In this document: one piece after another, positions 9,613-18,970 of the stretch
How the letters are laid out: the number at the start of each line of letters is the position of its first letter
How positions within the stretch are numbered: the stretch's first letter is position 1
Source of the DNA: Alphaproteobacteria bacterium
Lineage (GTDB): Bacteria; Pseudomonadota; Alphaproteobacteria; JAAXGF01
Assembly: GCA_963555825.3 (NCBI GenBank)
Contig: CAUVXB020000002.1
Location: 2,688,001-2,752,000 of the forward strand
Reading direction: 5' to 3'
Length of the DNA: 64,000 nucleotides
The notes under the pieces: generated by a model
The model's database searches: none
The model's input: only the letters and a program-made list of their open reading frames with translations
What the model was told of the DNA's origin: nothing
Made by a program: the position numbers and the translations under genes

Positions 9613-9648
9613 TAAGGTGTATTCCACCGGATAACGGAGGAATACGAG

Positions 9649-9930
9649 ATGACGAATCGACGCCGGTTTACGGCGGAATTCAAGGCCCGGGTGGCGCTGG
9701 AAGCGCTGCGGGGCGACAAGACGATCCAGCAGATCGCGGCCAAGCACAAGGTGCATCCGAACCAGGTGAGCGCCTGGAAGCGCCAGGCGGTGGACGGTCT
9801 GGGCGAAGTGTTTTCGAACGGCGCCAACCGCGCTTGCCGGGATCATGAATCCGAGGTCCGCGACCTTCACGCCAAGATCGGCGAGCTGACGGTGGAACGG
9901 GATTTTTTAGCCAGAGGGCTCAAGCGATGA
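9649..9930 (+). CDS. IS3-family OrfA
   Basis: RRRFTAEFKARVALEAL..VHPNQVSAWKRQ..KIGELTVERDFL. Confidence 0.92.
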   Translation: MTNRRRFTAEFKARVALEALRGDKTIQQIAAKHKVHPNQVSAWKRQAVDGLGEVFSNGANRACRDHESEVRDLHAKIGELTVERDFLARGLKR

Positions 9931-10856
9931 GCCGGGGGGAGCGCAAGGCGATGATCACACGCGACGCCCCCGAGCTGAGCTTGAGCCGTCAATGCCGCCT
10001 GCTTTCGATCGGCCGGTCCTCGTTCTATTATGCGCCCAGGGGGGAGAGCCCTTCGAGTCTGGCGCTGATGCGTCGGATCGACGAGTTGTTCATGAAGTAC
10101 CCGTTCTACGGCAGCCGCCAGATGGTCCGCCAGTTGCGGCGGGACGGCGTTTGCGTCGGCCGTCACCGGGTTCGCAGGTTGATGCGATTGATAGGCCTGG
10201 AGGCGATCTATCAGGCGCCGAGAACCAGCGTGCCGCATCCCATGCACCGGATTTATCCTTATCTTCTCAAAGGGATGGCTATCGACCAGCCCAATCGGGT
10301 CTGGTGCGCCGACATCACCTATATCCCCGTCCAGCGTGGCTTTCTGTACCTGGTAGCGATCATGGACTGGGCGACGCGCCACGTTTTATCCTGGCGGCTG
10401 TCGAACACCATGGACGCTGGATTCTGCGCCGAGGCCTTGGGCGACGCGCTGGCCCGCTACGGCCAGCCGGAGATATTCAATACGGATCAGGGCAGCCAGT
10501 TCACCAGCCTCGACTTCACCGGCGTGCTCAAGAACGCGAGCATCCGCATCTCCATGGACGGTCGGGGCCGCTGCATGGACAACATCTTCATCGAGCGCCT
10601 GTGGCGGTCTCTCAAGTATGAGGCGGTCTACCTACACGAGCTCACCGACGGCTTCCACGCCGAACGGGTCATCGGCGAGTGGATCGGCTTCTACAACACC
10701 GAGCGGCCCCATTCGTCCCTCGACGGTCAAACGCCGGCCGAGGCCTACGGGGCCGGTCAACCTGTGGATATGATGGACAAGGCTCGCGCCTTGCCCACAT
10801 CCCCACAGGCTCAACAACAGCAACAGGATGTGATAAAAAGGATTTTGGCAGCATGA
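9927..10856 (+). CDS. IS3-family OrfB transposase
   Basis: PFYGSRQM, WCADITYIP, FNTDQGSQF, DNIFIERLWRSLKYE. Confidence 0.93.
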   Translation: MSRGERKAMITRDAPELSLSRQCRLLSIGRSSFYYAPRGESPSSLALMRRIDELFMKYPFYGSRQMVRQLRRDGVCVGRHRVRRLMRLIGLEAIYQAPRTSVPHPMHRIYPYLLKGMAIDQPNRVWCADITYIPVQRGFLYLVAIMDWATRHVLSWRLSNTMDAGFCAEALGDALARYGQPEIFNTDQGSQFTSLDFTGVLKNASIRISMDGRGRCMDNIFIERLWRSLKYEAVYLHELTDGFHAERVIGEWIGFYNTERPHSSLDGQTPAEAYGAGQPVDMMDKARALPTSPQAQQQQQDVIKRILAA

Positions 10857-11161
10857 TCAAACAACGGAATACACCTTAACCGCGCTGCCAAACTGTCCAA
10901 CAAAGTGGGACCACCTCAGTCGCCGGAAGCGCTTCTATAGAATAACGTAAGGGACAAACGGCACTCGATCACGCCTGGAAACACGCGGTAAGAGCTCATT
11001 GATTGCCTTTTTGAAATGCTCTGTCGCCTGGTGTGTGCCCCACGCTTCCTCATTCTTATAGAGTTCATAGATAAAGAACTGTGAGGGATTGGTGGGCGAG
11101 CGATATGGCAGGAAAAGCTTTACGCCGGGTTCGCCCATCGTAGGCTCAACCAAGCCTTCTA

Positions 11162-12210
11162 GAGCGTGGTTTTTCGTGATGGAATCGTAAAGGGGATTCC
11201 CAGGGTCCTGAAGATGTGATTCAAGATGCTGGCTGGAGAAGGAGGCCAGCATGTATGGCACGACCTTATTCCCTGGACTTGCGCGAGCGGGTTGTCGCGG
11301 CGGTTGAGAGCGGTCGTACGGTTCGCGACGTTGCATCGAGCTTTGGTGTTTCGGTGTCGAGCGTCGTGAAGTGGTCGCAGCGCTATCGGGCGACGGGCAG
11401 TGCGGCGGCGTTGCCGATGGGTGGCCGTCGGCCGTTTGCCCTGGCGGCGCATCGCGGTTGGGTTCTATCGCGGCTTGCCGAGAAGCCGGACCTGACGTTG
11501 CGGGCGCTGCGGGCGGAGCTGGCGGCGCGCGGCATCGTGGTCAGCAACTACGCGGTCTGGCACTTCCTAAAGGCACAAGGCATCACGTTCAAAAAAAAGC
11601 CTGCACGCAGCCGAGCAAGACCGGCCTGACGTGGCCCGCCGGCGTGCGCGCTGGAAGAAGTATCAGGGCCGGCTGGCGCCAGGTCGGCTGGTCTTCATCG
11701 ATGAGACCTGGGTGAAGACGAACATGACGCGGCGCCATGGCCGCGCGCAACGGGGCCAGCGTTTGGTCGCCAAGGCGCCGTACGGGCGGTGGCGCACGCT
11801 GACCTTCCTGGCCGCCTTGCGCGTCGATCGGATCGACGCGCCCCTGGTGCTCGATGGGCCGATCAACGGCCGCGCCTTCACGGCTTACGTCGAGCAATTC
11901 CTGGTGCCGACCTTGGCGCCGGGCGACATCGTCATCATGGACAATCTCGGTTCCCACAAGGGAAAGGCCGTACGCCGCGCCATCCGCGCCGCCGGCGCCA
12001 AACTGCTGTTCCTACCGCCTTACTCGCCCGACTTGAACCCCATCGAGCAGGTCTTCTCCAAGCTCAAGACCCTGATGCGAAAGGCCGCCGAACGAACCGT
12101 CGAGGACACCTGGCGACGCGTCGGCAAGCTGCTCGACCAGTTCACCGCCCAAGAATGCGCCAACTACATCAGCAACGCCGGATATGCTTCAATCTAAAAC
12201 AGTCACGCTC
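11162..12210 (+). mobile_element. IS630-family element
   Basis: TA-GAGCGTG...CACGCTC-TA ends, inserted in a CTAG site. Confidence 0.92.
11255..12197 (+). CDS. IS630 transposase (two frames, programmed frameshift at the A8G run near 11591)
   Basis: MARPYSLDLRERVV; FIDETW, IMDNLGSHK, LPPYSPDLNPIEQ. Confidence 0.9.
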
Positions 12211-12633
12211 TAGGATGGCGGCGACAGCCTCGCCCTCATTGTCCTTGGCCTCAATGTTGATGGCCACAACAAATCCGTCATTGAGTTCCTTAGGCGTAAA
12301 ACTGGTTTTCTGCATATGCGCCTCCGTTCGTTCGTATGAAGCCATCCCTGTCGTACCACATCAGAAGGACACAATGCTTCGACCGCCGCCAATGTGTATT
12401 CTTCCGTGCGTGGACGCCAAACTTGGCGGACGGGAGGCGTGATGCCGACCAACAGGAAATGTCTGCTGTTGGCTGGATCCGGCCACTGGGTGGGTCCGTG
12501 TCGAACGTCTGGCATCGTCCCGACAGCCGACATCGCGGGTGCCACGCCACCGCTCCGGGTCTCGGAGCGAGAGGCGGGCGATCGGTCGAAGCGGCCCGGT
12601 GCCCGGGCGTCCGCGCGAGTTGCTGGGCGCCGT

Positions 12634-13647
12634 CTAACCGTCCTTTCCGCTGACGCCGGCTTCGGCGAAGGTCGCCATGCCGGTGTGAACGGCGACGGCG
12701 GCCTTGACGACCGAGGCCGCCAACGCGGCGCCCGAGGCTTCGCCGAGACGCATGCCGAGGTCGAGTAGCGGGTCCTTGCCGAGCCGCTCGAGCAGCCGCC
12801 GGTGGCCGGGTTCGGCCGAGCGGTGCGCGGCGAGGCAATGGTCGAGCGCCGCGCCATTGACCGCCTGCAAGGGCGCCACGGCGGCGCCGGCGACGAAGCC
12901 GTCGAGCAGCACCGGGACGCGCGCCCGGCGCGCCGCGATGGCGGCGCCCGCCATGGCCGCCAGTTCGCGCCCGCCGAGCCGGCGCATGACTTCGATCGGG
13001 TCGTCGAGCGCGTCCGCATGCGTCGCGATGCCCGCCTCGACGACGGCGGCCTTGCGGCGAACGCCGGCGTCGTCGACGCCGGTGCCCGGCCCGACCCAGT
13101 CGGCCGCCGCGCCGCCATAGAGCGCGCGGCATAGCGCGGCGGCGACGGTCGTGTTGCCAATACCCATCTCGCCAACACAGAGGAGATCGGCGCGCGCATC
13201 GAGTTTCGCCATGCCGAGCGCGACGGCGTCGAGGAACACGGCCTCGTCCATCGCCGGTTCTTGCGTGAAATCGGCCGTCGGCGTGTCGAGCGCCAGCGCG
13301 TGGACGCCGAGATCGGCGCCGATCGCGGTGCAGAGCTGGTTGATCGCCGCGCCACCGGCCGCGAAATTGCCGACCATCTGCGCGGTGACGGCGGCCGGGA
13401 ACGCCGAGACGCCCTGCGCCGTGACGCCGTGGTTGCCGGCGAAGACGAGCACCTGGATGCGTTCGGCGCGGGGCGGATTGACCGCCTGCCACGCCGCCAG
13501 CCACGCCGCGATGTCCTCGAGCCGGGCAAGCGAGCCGGCCGGCTTGGTGAGCTGGGCGTCGCGCGCCCGGGCGGCCGCGCGGCACGCCTCGTCGGGGCCG
13601 GGCAGGTCGGCGATCAGATTGCGCAGGTCGTCGAGGGTGTTGAGCAT
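12634..13647 (-). CDS. cobT: Nicotinate-nucleotide--dimethylbenzimidazole phosphoribosyltransferase
   Basis: LTKPAGSLARLE, FAGNHGV, GEMGIGNTT, GPGTG, GMRLGEASGA. Confidence 0.96.
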   Translation of the reverse strand: MLNTLDDLRNLIADLPGPDEACRAAARARDAQLTKPAGSLARLEDIAAWLAAWQAVNPPRAERIQVLVFAGNHGVTAQGVSAFPAAVTAQMVGNFAAGGAAINQLCTAIGADLGVHALALDTPTADFTQEPAMDEAVFLDAVALGMAKLDARADLLCVGEMGIGNTTVAAALCRALYGGAAADWVGPGTGVDDAGVRRKAAVVEAGIATHADALDDPIEVMRRLGGRELAAMAGAAIAARRARVPVLLDGFVAGAAVAPLQAVNGAALDHCLAAHRSAEPGHRRLLERLGKDPLLDLGMRLGEASGAALAASVVKAAVAVHTGMATFAEAGVSGKDG

Positions 13648-13681
13648 CGAGCCGAGCCGTTCCTTCGCTGGGGTTTGAGCT

Positions 13682-13950
13682 AGGAGCCTATCGGAGGATT
13701 CTGAACCGCCTGCATCGATCTGAGACGTGCGAGTGCTAGGCGCGGTGGCGCTGGCGATGCCTGGGCATCGTCGAGCCGCCGCGACGCGGCAATCGCGCTT
13801 CTCAGTTCGACCCGAGAGGGCCGCCATTTCAAGGCCTTGGGACAGCGTCTGCCGCCGCTCGTGATGCCCGGGCATCACGACGCGACGCCATCCTTGCCTA
13901 AGGCCTTGAAAAGGCGGTGCAGGCCATTCAGAATCCTCCGATAGGCTCCT
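13682..13950. mobile_element. MITE, family A (24-bp perfect TIR)
   Basis: AGGAGCCTATCGGAGGATTCTGAA / TTCAGAATCCTCCGATAGGCTCCT; internal hairpins; no credible ORF. Confidence 0.85.
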
Positions 13951-14000
13951 TGCGGTGACTGTCCTATAACCGCAGGCGGAAAACCAGCGAAAGCCGTGCC

Positions 14001-14792
14001 GTGACCGAAAACGATCCAGATTCCCCGCCTGCCAGCGAACCCAGCCAGTGGCTCGACGACATCCGGGCCGCCGCCGCCTTCCTGACGCGCCTGCCGGTCG
14101 GTGGGCCGGGACACGGCGGCATGGCAGGCTTGGCGGCGACCGCCTGGGCGTTCCCGGTGGTCGGCATCGCCGTCGGCTTCGCCGCCGGGCTGGTCTATGC
14201 GGTGGCCGACCGGATCGGCGTCCCGCCCGGCCTCGCGGCGGTCTTCGCGGTCGGCGGCCAGGTCTGGCTGACCGGCGCGCTGCACGAGGATGGGCTGGGC
14301 GACGTCGCCGACGGTTTCGGCGGCGGCGCGACGCCCGAGGCCAAGCTCGAGATCATGCGCGACAGCCGGATCGGCGTCTACGGCGTCGCGGCGCTCGCAC
14401 TCACGCTCGCGGCCCGCGTCTTCGCCATAGCGGCGATCGCCGAGCCCGCCGCGGTGCTCGGCGCGCTGATCGTCGCCGGCGCCGTGTCGCGTGGCGCCAT
14501 GGTCGCCGTGATGACCCGGTTGGACCCGGCGCGCAGCGACGGGCTGGCCGCCGCCGCCGGGCGCCCGGCTATCGAGCGGATGTGGACCGCGCTCGCCATC
14601 GCCGCCGCCGTCGCCCTGATTGGCGCCGGCCTCGCGGCGGGCCTCGGCGCACTGATCGGCGCGGCGCTCGGCGCCGGCCTGATCGCCTGGCTCGCGCGCC
14701 GCCAGATCGGCGGCCAGACCGGCGACGTGCTGGGCGCTTCCCAGCAGGCCGCCGAGGTGCTCTGCCTCGCCGCGCTGGTCGCTGCGCACTAG
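14001..14792 (+). CDS. cobS: Adenosylcobinamide-GDP ribazoletransferase (cobalamin synthase)
   Basis: FLTRLP, TGALHEDGLGDVADGFGGG, IMRDSRIG, GGQTGDVLGA. Confidence 0.96.
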   Translation: MTENDPDSPPASEPSQWLDDIRAAAAFLTRLPVGGPGHGGMAGLAATAWAFPVVGIAVGFAAGLVYAVADRIGVPPGLAAVFAVGGQVWLTGALHEDGLGDVADGFGGGATPEAKLEIMRDSRIGVYGVAALALTLAARVFAIAAIAEPAAVLGALIVAGAVSRGAMVAVMTRLDPARSDGLAAAAGRPAIERMWTALAIAAAVALIGAGLAAGLGALIGAALGAGLIAWLARRQIGGQTGDVLGASQQAAEVLCLAALVAAH

Positions 14793-15637
14793 GGTCCGTT
14801 GACAATTAGCGCAGTGCGATGACTGTGGCGACGAGGTTCAAGTTTGCGGCGTAGCTTGTGTCGGTTTTGTCGTAGCGTGTTGCGATGCCCCGGAACTCCT
14901 TGATTTTGGCGAAGTAGTTTTCGACCAAGTGACGCCATCGGTACATGTCCTTATCGTAGGCGATCTGCCGTTTTCGGTTGGCTTTCGGCGGGATGACGGC
15001 AGTGGCACCGCGTTGGTTCAAGTCCTCCCGCAGCCAATCGACATCGAAAGCCTTGTCGGCCAACAGGGCATCGAAGTGAACGTCTTGGATCAAGGGGACG
15101 ACGCCAATCGTGTCATGGCGTTGGCCAGGCAAGAGCACGAAACGCACCAAGTTTCCCAGGGCATCCACCAGGGCGACGATCTTAGTGGTCAGACCTCCTT
15201 TCGAACGCCCGATGGCCTGATGTTGAGTCCCCCTTTTGCGCCGCTTGCCTTTTGGTGAACGCTGACGATGGTGCCGTCGATGAGGGCGTATTCGAAGTCC
15301 GGTTCCTCCGACAGAACTTCGAACAGCCGTTCGAAAACACGGTTCCTCGCCCATCGGCGAAAGCGCTGGAAAATACTGTTCCAATTTCCGAAAGCAACCG
15401 GCAGGTCACGCCACGGAGACCCCGTTCGGACGCGCCACAAAACGGCTTCCAAAAACAACCGGTTGTCTGCCGCCGTAACGCCGCAATCCGTAGCCTTGCC
15501 CGGAAGATGCGGTGAAACCTTTTCCCAAACCTCGTCTGCGATGACGAAACGCTCCGTGTTCATCAAAAACTCCCCCGAAAAGGAAGCTTGAATCACTTTT
15601 TAGCAGGTTTGGGAATCCCCTAATTGTCAACAGGCCC
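14792..15637 (-). mobile_element. IS5-family (IS427-like) element inserted at the cobS stop codon
   Basis: TIRs GGGTCCGTTGACAATTAG / CTAATTGTCAACAGGCCC; TA duplication in a CTAG site. Confidence 0.9.
14806..15563 (-). CDS. IS5-family transposase (frameshifted at AAAAGGGGG near 15235)
   Basis: DNRLFLEAVLWRVRTGSPWRDLP, IDGTIV; GRSKGGLTTKI, ADKAFD, Y.WRHLVEN.F, RGIATRYDK. Confidence 0.9.
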
Positions 15638-15765
15638 TAGTGCATTCAGCCTCAGTCCGATTATTCCAGCCCGCGACTGCGGGCCGCCGACCGTTCGGCC
15701 AGTCCTTGTGGGATAAAGATTGGCATGCGCGGCGATTGAGCGCAGGTCACCGTCAGGTGACCGTA
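15638..15765 (+). repeat. Structured intergenic repeat / MITE-like, family C copy 2
   Basis: Similar to 1977-2072, with covarying hairpins. Confidence 0.6.
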
Positions 15766-15773
15766 AAATAAAT

Positions 15774-16493
15774 CGGGCTGTCCTAGCTAAGGGCGTTTCT
15801 GTCTCAAAATAATCCATGTCTTCAATTGGTTAAGCAGTTCTCGGTGGTCACCTCCGTTGAACCGCCATTCGCACTCCTTGAGGAACAGGTGAAAGCTCTG
15901 TTTCGGGACGCCATTGAAGCGCCGTAAATGCCGCTTCGCCTGGTTCCAGAAGTTCTCGATCCCGTTGATATGGCTCCGCTCGTCGACGAACCGCTCCGAG
16001 TGATTGATCCGAACATGGTGGAAGTCCGAAACGTCCAGGGCATCATAGCTCGAAAAGCCGTCCGTATAGACGATGCTGTCAGGCCGGATCATACGCTCCA
16101 TAATCGGCATCAACGTGGCAGTCCGGGCATTGGGAATCATCGCCGTGTAGACCTTCCCACCTCGCTTCAAAAGCCCGAAAACCGGGACTTTTCCGCCAGC
16201 GCCTCGACCCCGCTTGCCTTTGCGGCGGCCGCCAAAATAACTCTCATCAACCTCGATCTCTCCGGCAAAAGGCGAGGCCTTCTCCATTTCCTCGGCAATC
16301 ACCTTGCGAAGCCGAGTATAAAACGAGGCCGCCGTGTTCCGGTGGACGCCAACCAGTTCGGCTGCTGCCCGAGCCGTCGTACCCGCAACGAAGTGCTCAA
16401 TCAGACGACCGCGCTTCCAATCACTGAGCCGGCTTTTCCTCTCGTACATCCCGCCATCCTAGCCTAAGCATGCCGCTTAGCTAGGACAGCCCC
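15774..16493 (-). mobile_element. IS1595-family (IS1016-like) element
   Basis: TIRs GGGCTGTCCTAGCTAAG / CTTAGCTAGGACAGCCC; 8-bp TSD AAATAAAT. Confidence 0.92.
15787..16449 (-). CDS. IS1595-family transposase
   Basis: EVDESYFGG, KRGRGAGGK, VYTDG, HINGIENFW. Confidence 0.94.
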   Translation of the reverse strand: MYERKSRLSDWKRGRLIEHFVAGTTARAAAELVGVHRNTAASFYTRLRKVIAEEMEKASPFAGEIEVDESYFGGRRKGKRGRGAGGKVPVFGLLKRGGKVYTAMIPNARTATLMPIMERMIRPDSIVYTDGFSSYDALDVSDFHHVRINHSERFVDERSHINGIENFWNQAKRHLRRFNGVPKQSFHLFLKECEWRFNGGDHRELLNQLKTWIILRQKRP

Positions 16494-16505
16494 AAATAAA
16501 TTTAT

Positions 16506-17822
16506 CTAAACCGCGTCGACCAAGTGGACGAACGAGCCCATCGCGCTGCCGCGCCGGCGTCCGGCCGGGCCGATGTCGGCGCCGCCCGCGTCGTGGCAGG
16601 CGAACAGGGGTTCGGCGGCGCCTTCCTCGACAACCGTTGCGTAATGAAACTCGTGGCCGCGAAACGCCGTACCACCGGCGCCGAGCGGGCCGTCGCCGCA
16701 CAGCACCGCCTGACGGTAGCCGAGGTGCAGGCGGCGCTCGGCGAACGAGGTCTCGAGCGGCAGCAGGCCGGCCATCGCGTGGCGCGTCCCGTCGGCGTCG
16801 ACCAGGCCGTCACCCAGCACCATATAGCCGCCGCATTCGCCGTAGACCGGCTTGCCGGCCCCGGCCGCCGCGCGCAGGCCGTCGAGGAACACCCCGTTGC
16901 CGGCGATCGTCCCGGCGTGCAGCTCGGGGTAGCCGCCGGGCAGATAGACCGCGTCGGCCGTTCCGTCGGGTGCGTCGCCTGCGAGCGGCGAGAACGCCAG
17001 CAGCTCGGCACCCGCCGCGCGCCAGCCGTCGAGTGCCGCCGGGTAGGCGAAGGCGAAGGCCGTGTCGCGCGCCACGGCGATGCGCTGGCCGAGCGGCGGC
17101 AGCGTCGTCGCGCCGCCGGGCGCGGCCAGATGGCCCGGCCGGGCCATATCTCGCAGCGCCTCGACATCGACGTTGCGCGCGACGATATCGGCGGCGCCAT
17201 CGAGGAACCCATCGAGCTCGGCATGCTCGGCGGCCTGGACCAGGCCGAGGTGGCGGTCGGGCAGCGCCAGGCCCGCATCGCGTGGCACGCAGCCGAGCAG
17301 GGGCACGGCGCAATCGGCCATCGCCTCGCGCAAGAGCCGCGTATGGCCCGCGCCGCCGACCCGGTTGAAGATCGCCGCGGCGACATCGACGTCGGCGCGG
17401 TGGCGGGCGAAGCCCTCGACCGTGGCGACGGCCGACGCCGCCTGGCCGCCGACGTCGACGACCAGCACGACGGGCCAGCCGGCGCCGGCCGCGAGATCGG
17501 CGGTCGAGCCGGCGCCGCCCGTCGCGCCGTCGAACAGGCCCATGACGCCCTCGCCGATGATCAGCTCGGCACCGGCGCCGGCGGCCGCGGCGAGGCGCGC
17601 CAGCGTCGCCGGCCGCATCGCCCAGCTATCCAGGTTGTGACACACGCGGCCACTGGCGGCGGCGTGGAACGCAGGGTCGATATAGTCGGGGCCGGTCTTG
17701 AACGACGACACCGCGACGCCGGCGTTGCGCAGATGGCGCAGCAGCGCGAGCGTCAACACGGTCTTGCCGCTGCCCGAGGCGGGCGCGGCGACGATCAGGG
17801 CGGGTGTTGCCGGGGCCGACAT
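16506..17822 (-). CDS. cobB: Cobyrinate/hydrogenobyrinate a,c-diamide synthase
   Basis: SGSGKT, KTGPDYIDP, EGVMGLFDG, RHLGL, PGGYPELH, GECGGYM, GHEFHY. Confidence 0.96.
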   Translation of the reverse strand: MSAPATPALIVAAPASGSGKTVLTLALLRHLRNAGVAVSSFKTGPDYIDPAFHAAASGRVCHNLDSWAMRPATLARLAAAAGAGAELIIGEGVMGLFDGATGGAGSTADLAAGAGWPVVLVVDVGGQAASAVATVEGFARHRADVDVAAAIFNRVGGAGHTRLLREAMADCAVPLLGCVPRDAGLALPDRHLGLVQAAEHAELDGFLDGAADIVARNVDVEALRDMARPGHLAAPGGATTLPPLGQRIAVARDTAFAFAYPAALDGWRAAGAELLAFSPLAGDAPDGTADAVYLPGGYPELHAGTIAGNGVFLDGLRAAAGAGKPVYGECGGYMVLGDGLVDADGTRHAMAGLLPLETSFAERRLHLGYRQAVLCGDGPLGAGGTAFRGHEFHYATVVEEGAAEPLFACHDAGGADIGPAGRRRGSAMGSFVHLVDAV

Positions 17823-17884
17823 GGCGCTATCCTGGCACGGCGGCCGGCAATGTCATACCAAGGATCAGTAGCAGAAAGCGCGTC

Positions 17885-18970
17885 ATGGCGAGGAAACCCG
17901 AGGGCGAGTTGCGGCGCGGCTGGACGACCGGCGCCTGCGCGACGGCGGCGACGCGGGCGGCCTATTCGGCGCTGTTGACCGGCGGCTTCCCCGATCCGGT
18001 CGAAATCACCCTGCCGAAGGGCCGGCGGGTCAGCTTTCCGCTCGCCCGCGACCGGCTCGGCGAGGGCGAGGCGATGGCGGCGATCGTCAAGGACGCCGGC
18101 GACGATCCGGATGTGACCCACTGCGCGCTGGTCATGGCGACCGTGCGCCGGGGCGCGCCTGGTGCCGGCGTCTCGTTCCGCGCCGGCGAGGGCGTCGGCA
18201 CGGTGACCCGGCCCGGCCTGCCGCTCGGCGTCGGCGAACCGGCGATCAACCCGGTGCCGCGCCAGATGATGCGCCAGACCGTCGCCGAGCTCGCCGAAGC
18301 GCATGGCGACGCCGGCGACATCGACATAGAGATCGCCATACCGGGCGGCGAGGCGATGGCCAAGAATACCATGAACGGTCGTCTCGGCATCCTCGGCGGG
18401 CTCTCGATCCTTGGCACCACGGGCATCGTCATTCCGTACTCCTGCGCCTCGTGGATCGCCTCGATCCGCCAGGGTATCGACGTCGCGCGCGCCGCGGGTA
18501 TCGGCCACGCGGCGGCGTCGACCGGCTCGGTCTCCGAGGCCGCGGTGCAGAAGCTCTATGGCCTCGACGAGATCGCGTTGCTCGACATGGGCGACTTCGC
18601 CGGCGGGCTGTTGAAGTACCTGCGCGACCACCCGATCGCGCGGCTCACCATCGCCGGCGGCTTCGCCAAGCTCGCCAAGCTCGCGGCCGGCCACCTCGAT
18701 CTCCATTCGGGACGCAGCCAGGTCGACTTCGACTGGCTCGCCGGCATCGTCGCCGAGTTGGGCGGTGACGACGCACTCATCGAGGCCGCTCGCGGCGCCA
18801 ACACCGCGGGCCAAGTGGTCGAGATGGCGGCGCAGGCGGGTCTGCCGCTCGGCGACCGCATCGCCGCCAAGGCGCGTGAGACCGCGCTCGGCGTTCTCGC
18901 CGGCGGTGTCGTGGTCGAGGTCGTGATCTTCGATCGCGCGAGCCGGCTGGTCGGCCGCGCGGATGGCTGA
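17885..18970 (+). CDS. cbiD: Cobalt-precorrin-5B C1-methyltransferase
   Basis: LRRGWTTGACA, KDAGDDPDVTH, GEPAINPVPR, RLGILGGLSILGTTG. Confidence 0.96.
   Translation: MARKPEGELRRGWTTGACATAATRAAYSALLTGGFPDPVEITLPKGRRVSFPLARDRLGEGEAMAAIVKDAGDDPDVTHCALVMATVRRGAPGAGVSFRAGEGVGTVTRPGLPLGVGEPAINPVPRQMMRQTVAELAEAHGDAGDIDIEIAIPGGEAMAKNTMNGRLGILGGLSILGTTGIVIPYSCASWIASIRQGIDVARAAGIGHAAASTGSVSEAAVQKLYGLDEIALLDMGDFAGGLLKYLRDHPIARLTIAGGFAKLAKLAAGHLDLHSGRSQVDFDWLAGIVAELGGDDALIEAARGANTAGQVVEMAAQAGLPLGDRIAAKARETALGVLAGGVVVEVVIFDRASRLVGRADG

Larger units (their letters stand above)
8117..10918 (+). mobile_element. IS3-family element (3-bp GTC TSD) carrying a nested IS in its left end
   Basis: TGAGGTGGTCCCA / TGGGACCACCTCA TIRs; GTC on both flanks. 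Confidence 0.9.
10935..12315 (-). pseudogene. Antibiotic biosynthesis monooxygenase (ABM)-like protein interrupted by IS630
   Basis: MQKTSFTPKELNDGFVVAINIEAKDNEGEAVAAIL (12315-12211) joins EGLVEPTMGEPGVKLF..FFIYELYKNEEAWGTHQATEHFK (11161-10935). GGAGG RBS. Confidence 0.85.
5147..12660. mobile_element. Genomic islet bounded by a duplicated cobT 3' end (att-like repeats 5147-5173 and 12634-12660)
   Basis: 27-bp direct repeat, 23/27 identical; both copies encode the CobT C-terminus plus stop. Interior is lower in GC and IS-rich. Confidence 0.72.

Noticed and set aside
10935-11336. 133-aa ORF as an intact gene
   Set aside because: Chimera of IS630 antisense sequence and the 3' half of the ABM pseudogene.
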